Assembly: GCA_963752695.1 (NCBI GenBank)
Contig: CAVVZB010000001.1
Location: forward strand, 430,989-494,988
Length of the DNA stretch: 64,000 bases
Direction of reading: 5' to 3'
DNA from: Bryobacterales bacterium
Lineage (GTDB): Bacteria > Acidobacteriota > Terriglobia > Bryobacterales > Bryobacteraceae
Within the stretch, counting starts at the first letter, position 1. Each line of letters opens with the position of its first letter. Shown one piece after another: positions 8,564 through 18,497 of this stretch. Both the position numbers and the translations under genes were made by a program. The notes under the pieces were generated by a model. The model ran no database searches and had not been told where the DNA came from. It saw nothing but the letters and a program-made list of their open reading frames with translations.

Positions 8564-9694
8564 CTAGCTCGCGCCGAGGGCCGCGGCATCGTAAACCCCC
8601 ACCTCAGTTTCCGAAATGATGTAATCCACCACGCGATGGAAGTCGCCGGTCTCCCGGTATACACGCAATTGACGGTCGGCGCCACTGCCGTTTCTCAGAA
8701 TCTGATGGATGTACTCGAGTTCCTTGCGCGAGCCGAGATCGTCCACAACATCATCAACAAACTCCAGGTACTCGTCCATCAATACACGAAGCGGAACTTC
8801 GGACTTCTTACCGAAGTCGATGAGACTTCCATCTAATCCGTAGCGCAGTGCTCGCCATTTATTCTCCATAATGAGTGCGCGCCGGTAGAGCCGAAAGCCT
8901 TGGTTTGCCGAATACAACTTATATAGCTTCGCCACTGTCGCCTGGATCAGAGCCGCGATCGCGATTGTCTCGTCCACCCGCATTGGCACATCGCAGCAGC
9001 GGAATTCCAGCGTGGGGAAGTTGGGGTGGGGCCGAATGTCCCACCAGATCTTCTTCGCGTTATCAATGCAGTTCGTTTTCACCAACAGGCTGACGAAGCT
9101 CTCATACTCGCCGTAGCTCGGAAAATAGTCGGGGATGTTGGTGCGCGGAAACTTGTCAAACACTTTGCACCGATACGATTTCAGCCCCGTATCCATTCCC
9201 AGCCAGAACGGTGAGTTCGTGGATAGCGCCAGAATGTGCGGCACAAAGTAGCGCGCCGCGTTCATGATTTGAATCGCAGTTTCCCGGTCTTCCACACCCA
9301 CGTGAACATGCAATCCAAAAATCAGGTTTGCGCGCGCCACCATCTTTAGATCTTGCACAATGGTGTGATAGCGCTCGTCCGGATAGATCTCCTGATTGCG
9401 CCAGTCCGCGAAGGGGTGGGTTCCCGCCGCCGCCAGCCGCAAGCCATTCTTGCGCGCCAGCTGAATAATTCCATGCCGAAGCTCGGTTACGTCGCTCCGC
9501 GCTTCCTGGATATCACGGCAGATCCCCGTACCCACTTCGACTACCGACTGATGCATCTCCGCCTTCACGCGCTCTTTGAGTAGCAGCTTCCCCTTTTCGA
9601 GAATTTCTGCTTCTAAGTGCGACCGTAGATCGCGCGTGACCGGGTCAATCGTCTGATACTCTTCTTCAATTCCGATTGTGAAGCTGGGTTGCAT
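8564..9694 (-). CDS. ybdK: Carboxylate-amine ligase, GCS2/YbdK family
   Basis: TIGIEEEYQ, VEVGT, FGLHVHVG, WWDIRP, TLEFR, ENKWRA.RYG motifs. Confidence 0.9.
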   Translation of the reverse strand: MQPSFTIGIEEEYQTIDPVTRDLRSHLEAEILEKGKLLLKERVKAEMHQSVVEVGTGICRDIQEARSDVTELRHGIIQLARKNGLRLAAAGTHPFADWRNQEIYPDERYHTIVQDLKMVARANLIFGLHVHVGVEDRETAIQIMNAARYFVPHILALSTNSPFWLGMDTGLKSYRCKVFDKFPRTNIPDYFPSYGEYESFVSLLVKTNCIDNAKKIWWDIRPHPNFPTLEFRCCDVPMRVDETIAIAALIQATVAKLYKLYSANQGFRLYRRALIMENKWRALRYGLDGSLIDFGKKSEVPLRVLMDEYLEFVDDVVDDLGSRKELEYIHQILRNGSGADRQLRVYRETGDFHRVVDYIISETEVGVYDAAALGAS

Positions 9695-9697
9695 GGT

Positions 9698-10630
9698 TCA
9701 CCCCCGTAGAAAAGATGCCCACCGGAGTTCTTTGGCAGGTTCATCGTCGCTGAGTGCCTTCTCAATCGCGAACTTGGCGACTTCCGTTACGATCCACTCG
9801 AAATTTGCCGGCCCAACCGAGTGAATGTCAGCATCCGGCGCCGGGTTCAGGAAATCGATGGCGTACGGCACCCCATCCTGCACGGCGAACTCGACGGTAT
9901 TTAGATCGTAACCGAGCGCCCGGCACAATGTTAGGCTGTCGTCATGCACCCGTTGGAGCAATCGGGGATTCACTGGGGGGCCGTCCAACACGTAGCGTTC
10001 CGCGTGGGGATTCCGCGGATCGTATTGCATGATGTGCACGGCCCGCTGTCCGACCACGTAACACCGGAAGTACTCCTGAAACTCGATTCCCTGCTGAAGC
10101 GTCATGCAGAGATCGCCCGTTTCGTCGTAAGCCGCAAACAGTTCCTGAGGATTGTGAACCTTATAAACGCTCTTCCAACCGCCGCCGCTGTACGGCTTCA
10201 GGAACGCCGGGAATCCAATATATTCGAACACCTCCTCCCAATTCAAAGGGTAGATGAGGTTCCGCATCGATTTGCCGGTGGTCCCCGGCGGGTTAACCTT
10301 GTGAGGCAAAATTACCGTTCGTGGAACCGCCACTCCGATCTTCGACGCTAACGCGTAGTTGAAGAACTTGTCGTCCGCGCCCCACCAGAACGGGTTGTTG
10401 ATAACGAAGGTCCCACTTAACACCGCATTCTTCAGATAAGCCCGGTAAAACGGGATATCGTGCGAAATTCGGTCCACAATTACGCTATACCCCGACGGTT
10501 CGGCCATCCTCACCGCGCCGATATGAATGTGCTCCGCCACCACGTCTTCAATGTTCCATTCATTGATCCGGTCGACCAACGCCCATGGAAACGTGCTCTC
10601 CATCCCGTAGATGATTCCGATTTTTCGCAT
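9698..10630 (-). CDS. RimK-like ATP-grasp protein
   Basis: DRISH, VINNPF..ADDKF, FLKPYSGGGWK, LQQGIEF..YFRCY, EFAVQDGVPYAIDF.NP. Confidence 0.8.
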   Translation of the reverse strand: MRKIGIIYGMESTFPWALVDRINEWNIEDVVAEHIHIGAVRMAEPSGYSVIVDRISHDIPFYRAYLKNAVLSGTFVINNPFWWGADDKFFNYALASKIGVAVPRTVILPHKVNPPGTTGKSMRNLIYPLNWEEVFEYIGFPAFLKPYSGGGWKSVYKVHNPQELFAAYDETGDLCMTLQQGIEFQEYFRCYVVGQRAVHIMQYDPRNPHAERYVLDGPPVNPRLLQRVHDDSLTLCRALGYDLNTVEFAVQDGVPYAIDFLNPAPDADIHSVGPANFEWIVTEVAKFAIEKALSDDEPAKELRWASFLRG

Positions 10631-10637
10631 GCCGACC

Positions 10638-11354
10638 TCAGCCGAAGTACTTCACCGCCATCTGTTGCCAGAACGGCCAATCATGTTTGATACCCGCACC
10701 CCAAACGTCCATCCAGTGCGGGATACTCTTGTTGCCCAATGTGCGCGCCATCCGCCAGTTCTCATCCAAACAAGGGTCCCATTCGGACGTGGCCAGAACG
10801 ATCCGGCTATTCTGCCGGTAACGCTCCAACGTGTGGTGATCGGTCATCCCTTGCACATAATCCGGGGGACAGTTGAAATAACAATTGTCGTCGTAATAAT
10901 GCCCAAGGAACTGGTGAATGTCAAAGGCGCCGCTCATACTCACGCAGTCGCTGAAAACCCACGGTTGTTTGAGCGCGAAGTTCATCGAGAAATATCCACC
11001 GAAGCTGCATCCCGTGGTCCCGAGCCTTGGGTTCTGGTTCTTCGTCCGAATAAGTGGCACCACTTCATTCAGAATGTAGCTCTCATATTGCATGTGGCGC
11101 TGCACACGCTGGGCCGGATGCACATGCCGGTTATACCAGCTTTCGGTATCCACGCTGTCCACGCAAAACGCCTGCATGTGCCCTTGTTCGTATTGCCAGT
11201 GCACGGCGCCGATCATTCCGTTATTCTCATAATCGTAATAACGGCCCCGCGACGATGGGAAGGCGATCAGCGGAAATCCGCCATGCCCGTAAATCATCAG
11301 TTCCATCTCCCGTCCGAGCGACGGGCTCCACCACTTGTGATATTCGCGATGCAT
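10638..11354 (-). CDS. Alpha/beta-hydrolase esterase family protein
   Basis: MHREYHKWWSPSLGREM start, GCSFGG nucleophile elbow, HDWPFW; start moved to ATG 11354, 4 bp after the upstream stop. Confidence 0.85.
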   Translation of the reverse strand: MHREYHKWWSPSLGREMELMIYGHGGFPLIAFPSSRGRYYDYENNGMIGAVHWQYEQGHMQAFCVDSVDTESWYNRHVHPAQRVQRHMQYESYILNEVVPLIRTKNQNPRLGTTGCSFGGYFSMNFALKQPWVFSDCVSMSGAFDIHQFLGHYYDDNCYFNCPPDYVQGMTDHHTLERYRQNSRIVLATSEWDPCLDENWRMARTLGNKSIPHWMDVWGAGIKHDWPFWQQMAVKYFG

Positions 11355-11358
11355 TCGG

Positions 11359-12597
11359 TCAGGGTTGAGAATCGATTTCGAATTTATGTGGCGCAGGCTG
11401 CGCGGCGGCATGCTGCTGCTGCACCAATTCAGCTTCTAACTCGTCCATCGCCTTCATTGCCGTTTCCTTACTGGATGCGCTCACGGCAGCTAGTGGAACC
11501 TGAATTTCACGCCATCGCGCATTATGCGTTTGGGCGTGTTTGCGCGTTAAATCGAGCACTGCGGCCGCCTGCTGCATCATCGGGGTATCCAGCTTCGCAA
11601 GGTTAATTCCGGCGCTCCACTCCTCGCCACTGAAGCTGCCCACGGCGCGCCCATCGATCTTCAACTGCCACTTGCCCGCGTGCAACCCGTCGATCTTCAA
11701 GATTTCCTGGTCCAGAGCCTGTAGAAAATCAGAAGAATTGACCGCCAGCGTCACCAGTGGGTCTTTCCAGTCAATCGGCATTGGCAGCGCCTTCTCCGTT
11801 ACCGTCCAGCTGCCGCCGTTCCAATCCGTGACTTCGGCATTCGTAGACCGATCGATATGATGCGTCCGCATATTCAGCGCCACATCGCTGACCACAGAAG
11901 GTGCGCGCCAGGCTTTCAAAAGCGACTCCGCCATCAGAAGATGACCGGCGGGGCCGGGGTGAATACGGTCGGGAATCAGCTTCTTGGCGGCCGCCGCGTC
12001 GGTCTCACTGGCCTTTTTCAAATCCGCGACTACCGGCGTATTCAGGTCGGCTGTGTCGATCTTGTCCGCTACCGCCAAATCGTGAATGAACTTGGAATAC
12101 CGCTGGAGCACGGCGTTATAACCGCCTTCAAATCGCGGGGGCTGCGTGACGTCATCAAATGGAGAGGGCTGAATGGCCGTGATCCGCGCTTTTGGCAGCG
12201 CGTTCTGAATCACCTCCACAATATGCTGATATCCTTTCTGAAACGTCTCGAAAGTCGCCGGGTCGAAGGCTTTGTATCCACCGTCGTTCATGCCAAGCAT
12301 GATGGTGACAACAGTCGGCTTATAAGCTAAGACATCGCGTTCCAACCGAAGGTCCACCGGTCCGCCCCCGCCGCCGCTCACCCGATCGCCGCCCCACCCC
12401 GAGTGCACGAAAGTGACGTTCTGAGCCGGGAACCGCGTAATGGCAAATGTTTCCGTGAATATCGTGTAGAGACGCTGATCGGTGATGCTATCTCCGTAAA
12501 ACACCACGCGATCGCCATCGCGCAGGTAGAATCCGGACTGTCCCCAGAGTCCGAACGCCGCCAAAAGGAGCAGGGTCAAAGTCTTCGGGAAAACCAT
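11359..12597 (-). CDS. Exported SGNH/GDSL hydrolase
   Basis: Signal peptide; GDSIT, GWGG, GMNDG, DRIHP blocks. Confidence 0.85.
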   Translation of the reverse strand: MVFPKTLTLLLLAAFGLWGQSGFYLRDGDRVVFYGDSITDQRLYTIFTETFAITRFPAQNVTFVHSGWGGDRVSGGGGGPVDLRLERDVLAYKPTVVTIMLGMNDGGYKAFDPATFETFQKGYQHIVEVIQNALPKARITAIQPSPFDDVTQPPRFEGGYNAVLQRYSKFIHDLAVADKIDTADLNTPVVADLKKASETDAAAAKKLIPDRIHPGPAGHLLMAESLLKAWRAPSVVSDVALNMRTHHIDRSTNAEVTDWNGGSWTVTEKALPMPIDWKDPLVTLAVNSSDFLQALDQEILKIDGLHAGKWQLKIDGRAVGSFSGEEWSAGINLAKLDTPMMQQAAAVLDLTRKHAQTHNARWREIQVPLAAVSASSKETAMKAMDELEAELVQQQHAAAQPAPHKFEIDSQP

Positions 12598-12662
12598 TCG
12601 AATGAGTGTATCGCATGGAGCTCACTGACACCGTTGTGCAGTTGATAGTGCTCCGCCGATCG

Positions 12663-13174
12663 TCAATCGTTCGAGTGGTAGGCCGATACGACTGAGCAGT
12701 TCCTGCAAGAATGATTTACCATTTCCTTCCGGCGTTGTCGGTGAAGGTGTCATGCGGTGCCGCGTCATCGCTGCTTGGCGCCTTTTCAGAGGCCGAATCG
12801 CAGATGTTGGCGAAGAAAGGGGAACCCTGGGCGCATATCGGGCATGTCATTTCCTGCGGGTTTAAGATCACGGGAAACCCGCCAATTTGATGCTGCTGCG
12901 TCGTCCACAAGTCCAAAGGAACCTTCAGCAGCTCAACACCGGCGTCCTCCATGATGCGGTAACTGAACACGCCAAACGGAATACTTCACGCCAAAACAGT
13001 ACAGGAGACGAATGGCAGGCGTTACAAAGGCGTCCAGGTTGAGTCGCGCTTCAGCAGCATCCAGCGAGAGCGCCCGGAGTAGTGGCTCGAACAGTTCGGA
13101 CAGATTGCGCCCTTGATCTCGGGCGCTCCGCAAAACTCATGCGCAATCTCAGACCTCTGCGGATTGAAGTTCAT
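12663..13174 (-). pseudogene. Relic of a CxxC-rich protein (YwqG/DUF1963-like, tentative) broken by about 3 frameshifts
   Basis: Three track ORFs in different frames join into one plausible protein: HEFCG..CPNC / EPLLRALSLD..LLYC / FSYRI..HQIGG..CPIC..DNAG / EMVNHSCRNCSVVSAYHSND*. Confidence 0.55.
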
Positions 13175-13307
13175 TCTATAGCCATTTTGGGGATTGCTCG
13201 TCCGTGGCGTCTCCATAGGTAGGGAGGAGAACAGGGCGACGGCAGCATCCGCCAGGCTCCAAACACATTCAATCGCGCCGAACGCTCACGAGATACACTC
13301 ACGAAAC

Positions 13308-15467
13308 ATGTCTAAGTTCTTGCTGCCGCTCTTCGCTGTACTCGCCCTTTCCGCCCAGGTAACTCCGGTGCCCGATCGCAAGCTTTGGTATTTGAATACC
13401 GCGACATCCAGCTACGTCGTGGGTATCAATGAGCGCGATCAACTGCAGAACCTTTATTGGGGCGGCCCTTTATCGGGCCAGACGGATTTCGCGACCGCCC
13501 ATTCCACCCCCGAGCGCTCCAGCTTTGACCCTTCCGAAACCCGCACGCGCGAAGAGTATCCCGCGTGGGGCGGAACGCGTTTTAATGAACCCGCTCTGAA
13601 GATCACGCGGGCCGATGGCGACCGGGACCTCGTGCTCATCTACCGGAGTTCCCGGAACACTCCCAACACGCTCGAGATCGAAATGCGCGACAGCCAGGAC
13701 CCCATCTTCGTGACGCTCTTCTATCGCGTCTATCCCGCTCTCGGGATCCTTGAGAAACACGCCCGGATTCGCAACGGCACGCGGGGAGTCTTGCACCTGG
13801 AGAGCGCGCAGTCGAGCGTGTGGTCCATGCCGCCGGGCGATAACTACAACGTCACCTACGTCTCTGGCCGCTGGGCCGCTGAAGACCAACTCACGCGCAC
13901 ACCCATCCATGCTGGCACGAAAGTTATCGAGAGCCGCCGCGGTAACACCAGCCACAATGCCAACCCTTGGTTCATGATCGATGAAAATAACGCCACTGAA
14001 GAAAATGGACGGGTCTGGTTTGGCGCGCTCGGATGGTCGGGCAATTGGAGACTGGCCATTGAACAGACGCCCTACAATCAGGTGCGCGTTACCGGTGGCT
14101 ACAACACCTTCGACTTCGATTACCCGCTCAAACCAGGCGAATCCCTCGACACGCCACCCTTTTACGGAGGCTTTTCCGCCCATGGATTTGGCGGGGCGTC
14201 TCGTACCCTGCATCGCTTTGAACGCGAGGCCATCCTCCCGGGCGGCGTCCAATCCCGCGTGCGCCCCGTGCTGTACAACTCCTGGGAGGCGACCACCTTC
14301 AACGTCGATGAGCCTGGGCAAAAGGCTCTCGCCGCTAAAGCCGCATCCATCGGCGTCGAGCTTTTCGTGATGGACGATGGCTGGTTCGGCAAACGCAATG
14401 ACGACCATGCCGGCCTAGGTGACTGGACCGTAAACAAGCAGAAATTCCCGAATGATCTCCAGCCTCTGATCGCCGAAGTCAATCGCCTAAGAATGGATTT
14501 CGGGCTGTGGGTGGAACCGGAAATGGTCAATCCAAATAGCGAACTCTACCGCGCTCATCCCGATTGGGTGCTGAATTTCCCTGGCCGCCCCAGAAGCGAA
14601 CTCCGCAACCAGCTCGTGCTTAACCTTGCGCGCCCTGACGTGAAAGAGTACATCTTCGGATTTCTCGACCGGCTCGCCACTTCTTACAACATTCGCTATT
14701 TCAAGTGGGATATGAACCGGTCCATGTCGGAGCCGGGTTGGCCGGCTGTCGCCGCAGCAGACCAGAAAAAAGTATGGGTTGAATATGTCCGCAACTACTA
14801 CGAAATCCTGGACCGCATCCGCGCCAAGCACCCAAAGTTGGAGATCGAGTCTTGCTCCGGCGGCGGCGCCCGGATCGACCTAGGCGTGCTTCAACGCGTC
14901 GATGAGGTCTGGGTTTCCGATAACACCGAAGCCTTCGACCGCCTGCATATCCAGGAAGGTTTTAGCTACGCGTATAGCCCCAAGATCATGTCCGCCTGGG
15001 TGACCGACGTGCCTAATATGAACGGCCGCAGCACGCCCCTCCAATACCGGTTCTTAGTGGCAATGCAGGGCGCGCTCGGCATCGGATCGAATCTAAATAA
15101 GTGGGCGGCCGAAGATTTTGAGCTCGCCCGAAAAATGATCGCGCTCGACAAACAAATTCGCTCGACCGTGCAAACTGGCTCGCTCTATCGCCTGCTCTCC
15201 CCTCGCGATCACGACGTTGCCTCGAACGAGTATGTTTCCCAGGACGGCCGACAAGCTGTTGTTTTCGCCTTCCGTCACTCGCAGGAGTTCGACTTGCCCG
15301 CTCCAGCGATCCGGCTACAAGGACTAGACGCCGGCGCGGCGTACAAGATCACCGACCTGCGCGGCCGGGCAAGCGAACACACTGGGGCTTTTCTGATGCA
15401 GCAGGGCTTGGAAGTCAGGCTTGCCGGCGACTACGATAGCGCGCTTCTGACTATCGAACGCCAGTAA
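13308..15467 (+). CDS. Alpha-galactosidase, GH36, with signal peptide
   Basis: YNSWEA, FVMDDGWFG, FGLWVEPE, YFKWDMNR, ESCSGGG motifs; start ATG 13308 (MSKFLLPLFAVLALSAQ). Confidence 0.93.
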   Translation: MSKFLLPLFAVLALSAQVTPVPDRKLWYLNTATSSYVVGINERDQLQNLYWGGPLSGQTDFATAHSTPERSSFDPSETRTREEYPAWGGTRFNEPALKITRADGDRDLVLIYRSSRNTPNTLEIEMRDSQDPIFVTLFYRVYPALGILEKHARIRNGTRGVLHLESAQSSVWSMPPGDNYNVTYVSGRWAAEDQLTRTPIHAGTKVIESRRGNTSHNANPWFMIDENNATEENGRVWFGALGWSGNWRLAIEQTPYNQVRVTGGYNTFDFDYPLKPGESLDTPPFYGGFSAHGFGGASRTLHRFEREAILPGGVQSRVRPVLYNSWEATTFNVDEPGQKALAAKAASIGVELFVMDDGWFGKRNDDHAGLGDWTVNKQKFPNDLQPLIAEVNRLRMDFGLWVEPEMVNPNSELYRAHPDWVLNFPGRPRSELRNQLVLNLARPDVKEYIFGFLDRLATSYNIRYFKWDMNRSMSEPGWPAVAAADQKKVWVEYVRNYYEILDRIRAKHPKLEIESCSGGGARIDLGVLQRVDEVWVSDNTEAFDRLHIQEGFSYAYSPKIMSAWVTDVPNMNGRSTPLQYRFLVAMQGALGIGSNLNKWAAEDFELARKMIALDKQIRSTVQTGSLYRLLSPRDHDVASNEYVSQDGRQAVVFAFRHSQEFDLPAPAIRLQGLDAGAAYKITDLRGRASEHTGAFLMQQGLEVRLAGDYDSALLTIERQ

Positions 15468-17150
15468 CTATGCTTCTTTGAGAGCTATGTATCGGTCGAG
15501 CGGCGGGTTTTCGATTCTTTGCACTCTGCCGCTCGGCTTCGGCCAGGTAATCTCCACCCAGTCGATCTTCTCGGCCTTACCTACGCCCAGAACCTCGCGC
15601 GGATCGTGCGAGGAAAGATAGCTTCCACCGCTATTTTTCATTCGCGATCGGACGACGCCGCCCGCCGACCATCGGATACGCGCCCCGATCCCGTCGCGAT
15701 TGCAGCTCACGCCCTCCAACTTGATCCCCACCCAGTGATTCCCGGCGCCTGCTCGGTTCTTGAGCAATACCGGCGCGCCGCCGTTAGTGGCAATTAGTAT
15801 GTCGACCAGACCATCGTTGTTGAAATCGCCTACGGCCAAACCGCGCGCTGGGTAAGACTTAGTAAAAGCCGGTCCAGCTTGACCGCTTACGTTTCGGAGC
15901 TTGCCCTCCTCCTGGTGAAACAGGAGGATCGGCTCCTTATACTTCACCTGCTGCGAATAATTCTCCACCATGTCGTCCGGATGACCGTTGGCGAGCATCA
16001 GGTCCATATTCCCGTCGTTATCGTAGTCAAAGAACTTCAGGCCCCACCCGCTAAGCAGCCGCGTCGCCTGCGCCACGCTATTGGCCCGCGCCACGTCATG
16101 GAACGTTTCATTCTTGTTGTTTCGATACAGCGAGAACATCTCCTGATCGACATTGGCGACGAACAGATCTTGATAGCCGCTGTTGAAGACATCCCCGGCG
16201 TCTACGCCCATGCCGGAACGCGCCTGTCCGTTCTCGCTATATCCAACTTCCGCCGCCAGCGCTACCTCTTCGAACTGCCACTTGCCTTTCTTGTCCGGCC
16301 CACGGTTCACAAAAAGGAAATTCTGGACAGTATCGTTGGCGACGAACAAGTCCATCCGGCCGTCGTTATTGATGTCCGTGGCGACCACGCCGAGTCCCTT
16401 ACCCAATGCGCGCTCGATGTCAGTTCCTTTCTGCGTTTGTGTGAAAGTTCCGTCACCGTTGTTGTGATAGAGAAAGCTGGACGTTGGCTTGAACACCCGC
16501 GGAATGCAGTAGTATTCCCTGCCAAGCTTGTTATCTCCGCAAGAAAGATGGTTGTTCTTCCCGTAATCGACAAAGCTGCAAATGAACAGGTCGAGCCGGC
16601 CGTCGTTGTCATAGTCGAACCACACCGCGCTCGTTGTCCAACCAGGTGTTTCCAGGCCCGCCGCTTTCGTGACATCGGTGAATGTCCCGTTGTGATTGTT
16701 CTTGTAGAGAATGCAGTTCCCATAGGCCGTCACCAGAATGTCCGGCCATCCATCGTTGTCGAAATCGCCGACGGCAACACCCATCCCAAAAGTCCCGCCC
16801 GCTACGCCTGCCTGCATAGTGACATCCGTGAAGGTGCCGTCCCGATTGTTTTTGTACAACGCGTTTCGAATAGGCTTGGAGGGCTGGTAGAAGTCGGAAG
16901 CTCCGCTGTTGACCAGGTAAATGTCCATCCAACCGTCGTTGTCGTAATCCAGAAATGCGCACCCGGGGCCGAGCGTCTCGGGCAAATACCGTTTGGCGGA
17001 CATCGCGTTATCGTGCACCCAAGTAAGACCGCTTGCTGAAGGCGAAACCTCCTCGAACAGCGGCGCCCCCTCGCTCGATATGGCTCCTAACAGGTGGGCC
17101 GCTCCGAATCCAGCGGTAAGCGACAACAATTGGCGGCGGGAAAAAAACAT
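15468..17150 (-). CDS. CRTAC1-family protein (FG-GAP repeats plus ASPIC/UnbV C-terminus)
   Basis: Repeated DYDNDG/DFDNDG calcium-blade motifs; [11 protein letters not shown] in the C-terminal domain. Confidence 0.9.
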   Translation of the reverse strand: MFFSRRQLLSLTAGFGAAHLLGAISSEGAPLFEEVSPSASGLTWVHDNAMSAKRYLPETLGPGCAFLDYDNDGWMDIYLVNSGASDFYQPSKPIRNALYKNNRDGTFTDVTMQAGVAGGTFGMGVAVGDFDNDGWPDILVTAYGNCILYKNNHNGTFTDVTKAAGLETPGWTTSAVWFDYDNDGRLDLFICSFVDYGKNNHLSCGDNKLGREYYCIPRVFKPTSSFLYHNNGDGTFTQTQKGTDIERALGKGLGVVATDINNDGRMDLFVANDTVQNFLFVNRGPDKKGKWQFEEVALAAEVGYSENGQARSGMGVDAGDVFNSGYQDLFVANVDQEMFSLYRNNKNETFHDVARANSVAQATRLLSGWGLKFFDYDNDGNMDLMLANGHPDDMVENYSQQVKYKEPILLFHQEEGKLRNVSGQAGPAFTKSYPARGLAVGDFNNDGLVDILIATNGGAPVLLKNRAGAGNHWVGIKLEGVSCNRDGIGARIRWSAGGVVRSRMKNSGGSYLSSHDPREVLGVGKAEKIDWVEITWPKPSGRVQRIENPPLDRYIALKEA

Positions 17151-17156
17151 TGCAGG

Positions 17157-18434
17157 CTACTGCTTTAAATGATACCGTTGCGCCTCGAGCAGGCCCGGCG
17201 CGCGCGCCAGCTTCTTAGACAATCGAGCTTGCCGCGCCCGCAGCTCAGGCGTGTTTTCAATCCGTAGCGCCTCGCTAGTCATGTCGAGCGCCATAGCCCA
17301 ATTGCGCTCGCGATGTTCATAGTACTTCGCCAACTCTTCCAGGGCTCGCACGCGAAACTCGTTTCGGCAACCTGCAACTTCGCTAAACATCGCGATCGCC
17401 CCTGCTTCGTTCTTCTTTTTCTTTTCGATTGACCCCATGTCGAACAGGGTCCGGAACAGCAGGTGGTCCGGCAAGCCAATCTCCACAGCGCGGCGCATCA
17501 AGCTCAGGCCCTCATCTTCGCGGCCCTGCTCGACGAGCCAGCGACTCAAGCCAAGCAGATCCGCCCCGTGCCGTGCATGCACCCGCGCCGGATCGCGAAA
17601 CGTTTGCGGAACCAGCGCCGTCAGGCATGCCAGCGTCACGATGTCCAACACGTTGTGATGGAAAACCGGGGCAAGATTCAGCGCTCGCCGGTACCGAACG
17701 TATTCAAAGTAAAAGTTTGGGATCAGACTTCCCGGTACGTCGCCCTCGCGCTCAAAGCCCAGGATTTGCTGTTCCAAATAGCCCAGCCTGCAGTTTTCCA
17801 GACGCAGCTTCCAAAGACGGCGCGCCCCAAACAATAGATCCAGGTGCTCCATCCGGGCGAACGGGTGCCGCATCCGCGTCATCGTGTAGCGCGTTTCCAA
17901 CAAAGGCTGATCGAAAGTTTTCCCGTTGTAGGTGATCAGTACGTCGAACTGGCTCAAATATTCGGCGACTGCCTGCAATTGGGAACGCTCTTCATTGTGA
18001 TCGCGCATGAAGAATTGCCTCACGCGAAAACCGCCCAACTCAATGCTTCCGATTCCGATTAGGAATGCGTAAGTTCCGCTGCCTCCGGCCAGTCCAGTAG
18101 TCTCTGTATCGAGAAATGCCCATCGTCCGGCGGGGCAATCCCGAATCGTTCCCCCGGAGAGCGCCTCCAGCAAGTCCCCCGGGAGTTCCGCCAAATCGGA
18201 GATGTCGATGCTTCCGTGACGGCGGTGCCGCGCATACATCTGCTCACATTGGAAGTGCTGGCCGTGGGTGGTTTCCACCACTACGCCAGGCACCACCGAT
18301 TCCAGCGGCGCCTCCGGCTCCCGTTCCGTCGGGGGTTCTAAAGCCTGGGGAGTGGAGTATTTCTTGGCGCAACGCTCCTCGACATGCGCAATCTTGCGCC
18401 GAAGCACCGCGAGCTGTTCCGCCAGATCTGCCAT
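17157..18434 (-). CDS. RNase H-like (YprB/MrfB-type) exonuclease with TPR C-terminus
   Basis: FLDTETTG, TYNGKTFD, HLDLL, HNVLD; helical C-terminus with ELAKYYEH. Confidence 0.8.
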   Translation of the reverse strand: MADLAEQLAVLRRKIAHVEERCAKKYSTPQALEPPTEREPEAPLESVVPGVVVETTHGQHFQCEQMYARHRRHGSIDISDLAELPGDLLEALSGGTIRDCPAGRWAFLDTETTGLAGGSGTYAFLIGIGSIELGGFRVRQFFMRDHNEERSQLQAVAEYLSQFDVLITYNGKTFDQPLLETRYTMTRMRHPFARMEHLDLLFGARRLWKLRLENCRLGYLEQQILGFEREGDVPGSLIPNFYFEYVRYRRALNLAPVFHHNVLDIVTLACLTALVPQTFRDPARVHARHGADLLGLSRWLVEQGREDEGLSLMRRAVEIGLPDHLLFRTLFDMGSIEKKKKNEAGAIAMFSEVAGCRNEFRVRALEELAKYYEHRERNWAMALDMTSEALRIENTPELRARQARLSKKLARAPGLLEAQRYHLKQ

Positions 18435-18497
18435 CTTCGCTTTTTGTTTGCCTTCCTTATTATGCCCGGTTTAACTCCACTCTTATAGAATCAGGGA

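Noticed and set aside
13194-13307. Upstream extensions given by the ORF track (alpha-galactosidase from 13194; likewise 7592, 11411, 38608, 48234, 56097, 60742)
   Set aside because: They overlap neighbouring genes or precede clear signal peptides or SD sites; downstream ATGs were chosen.
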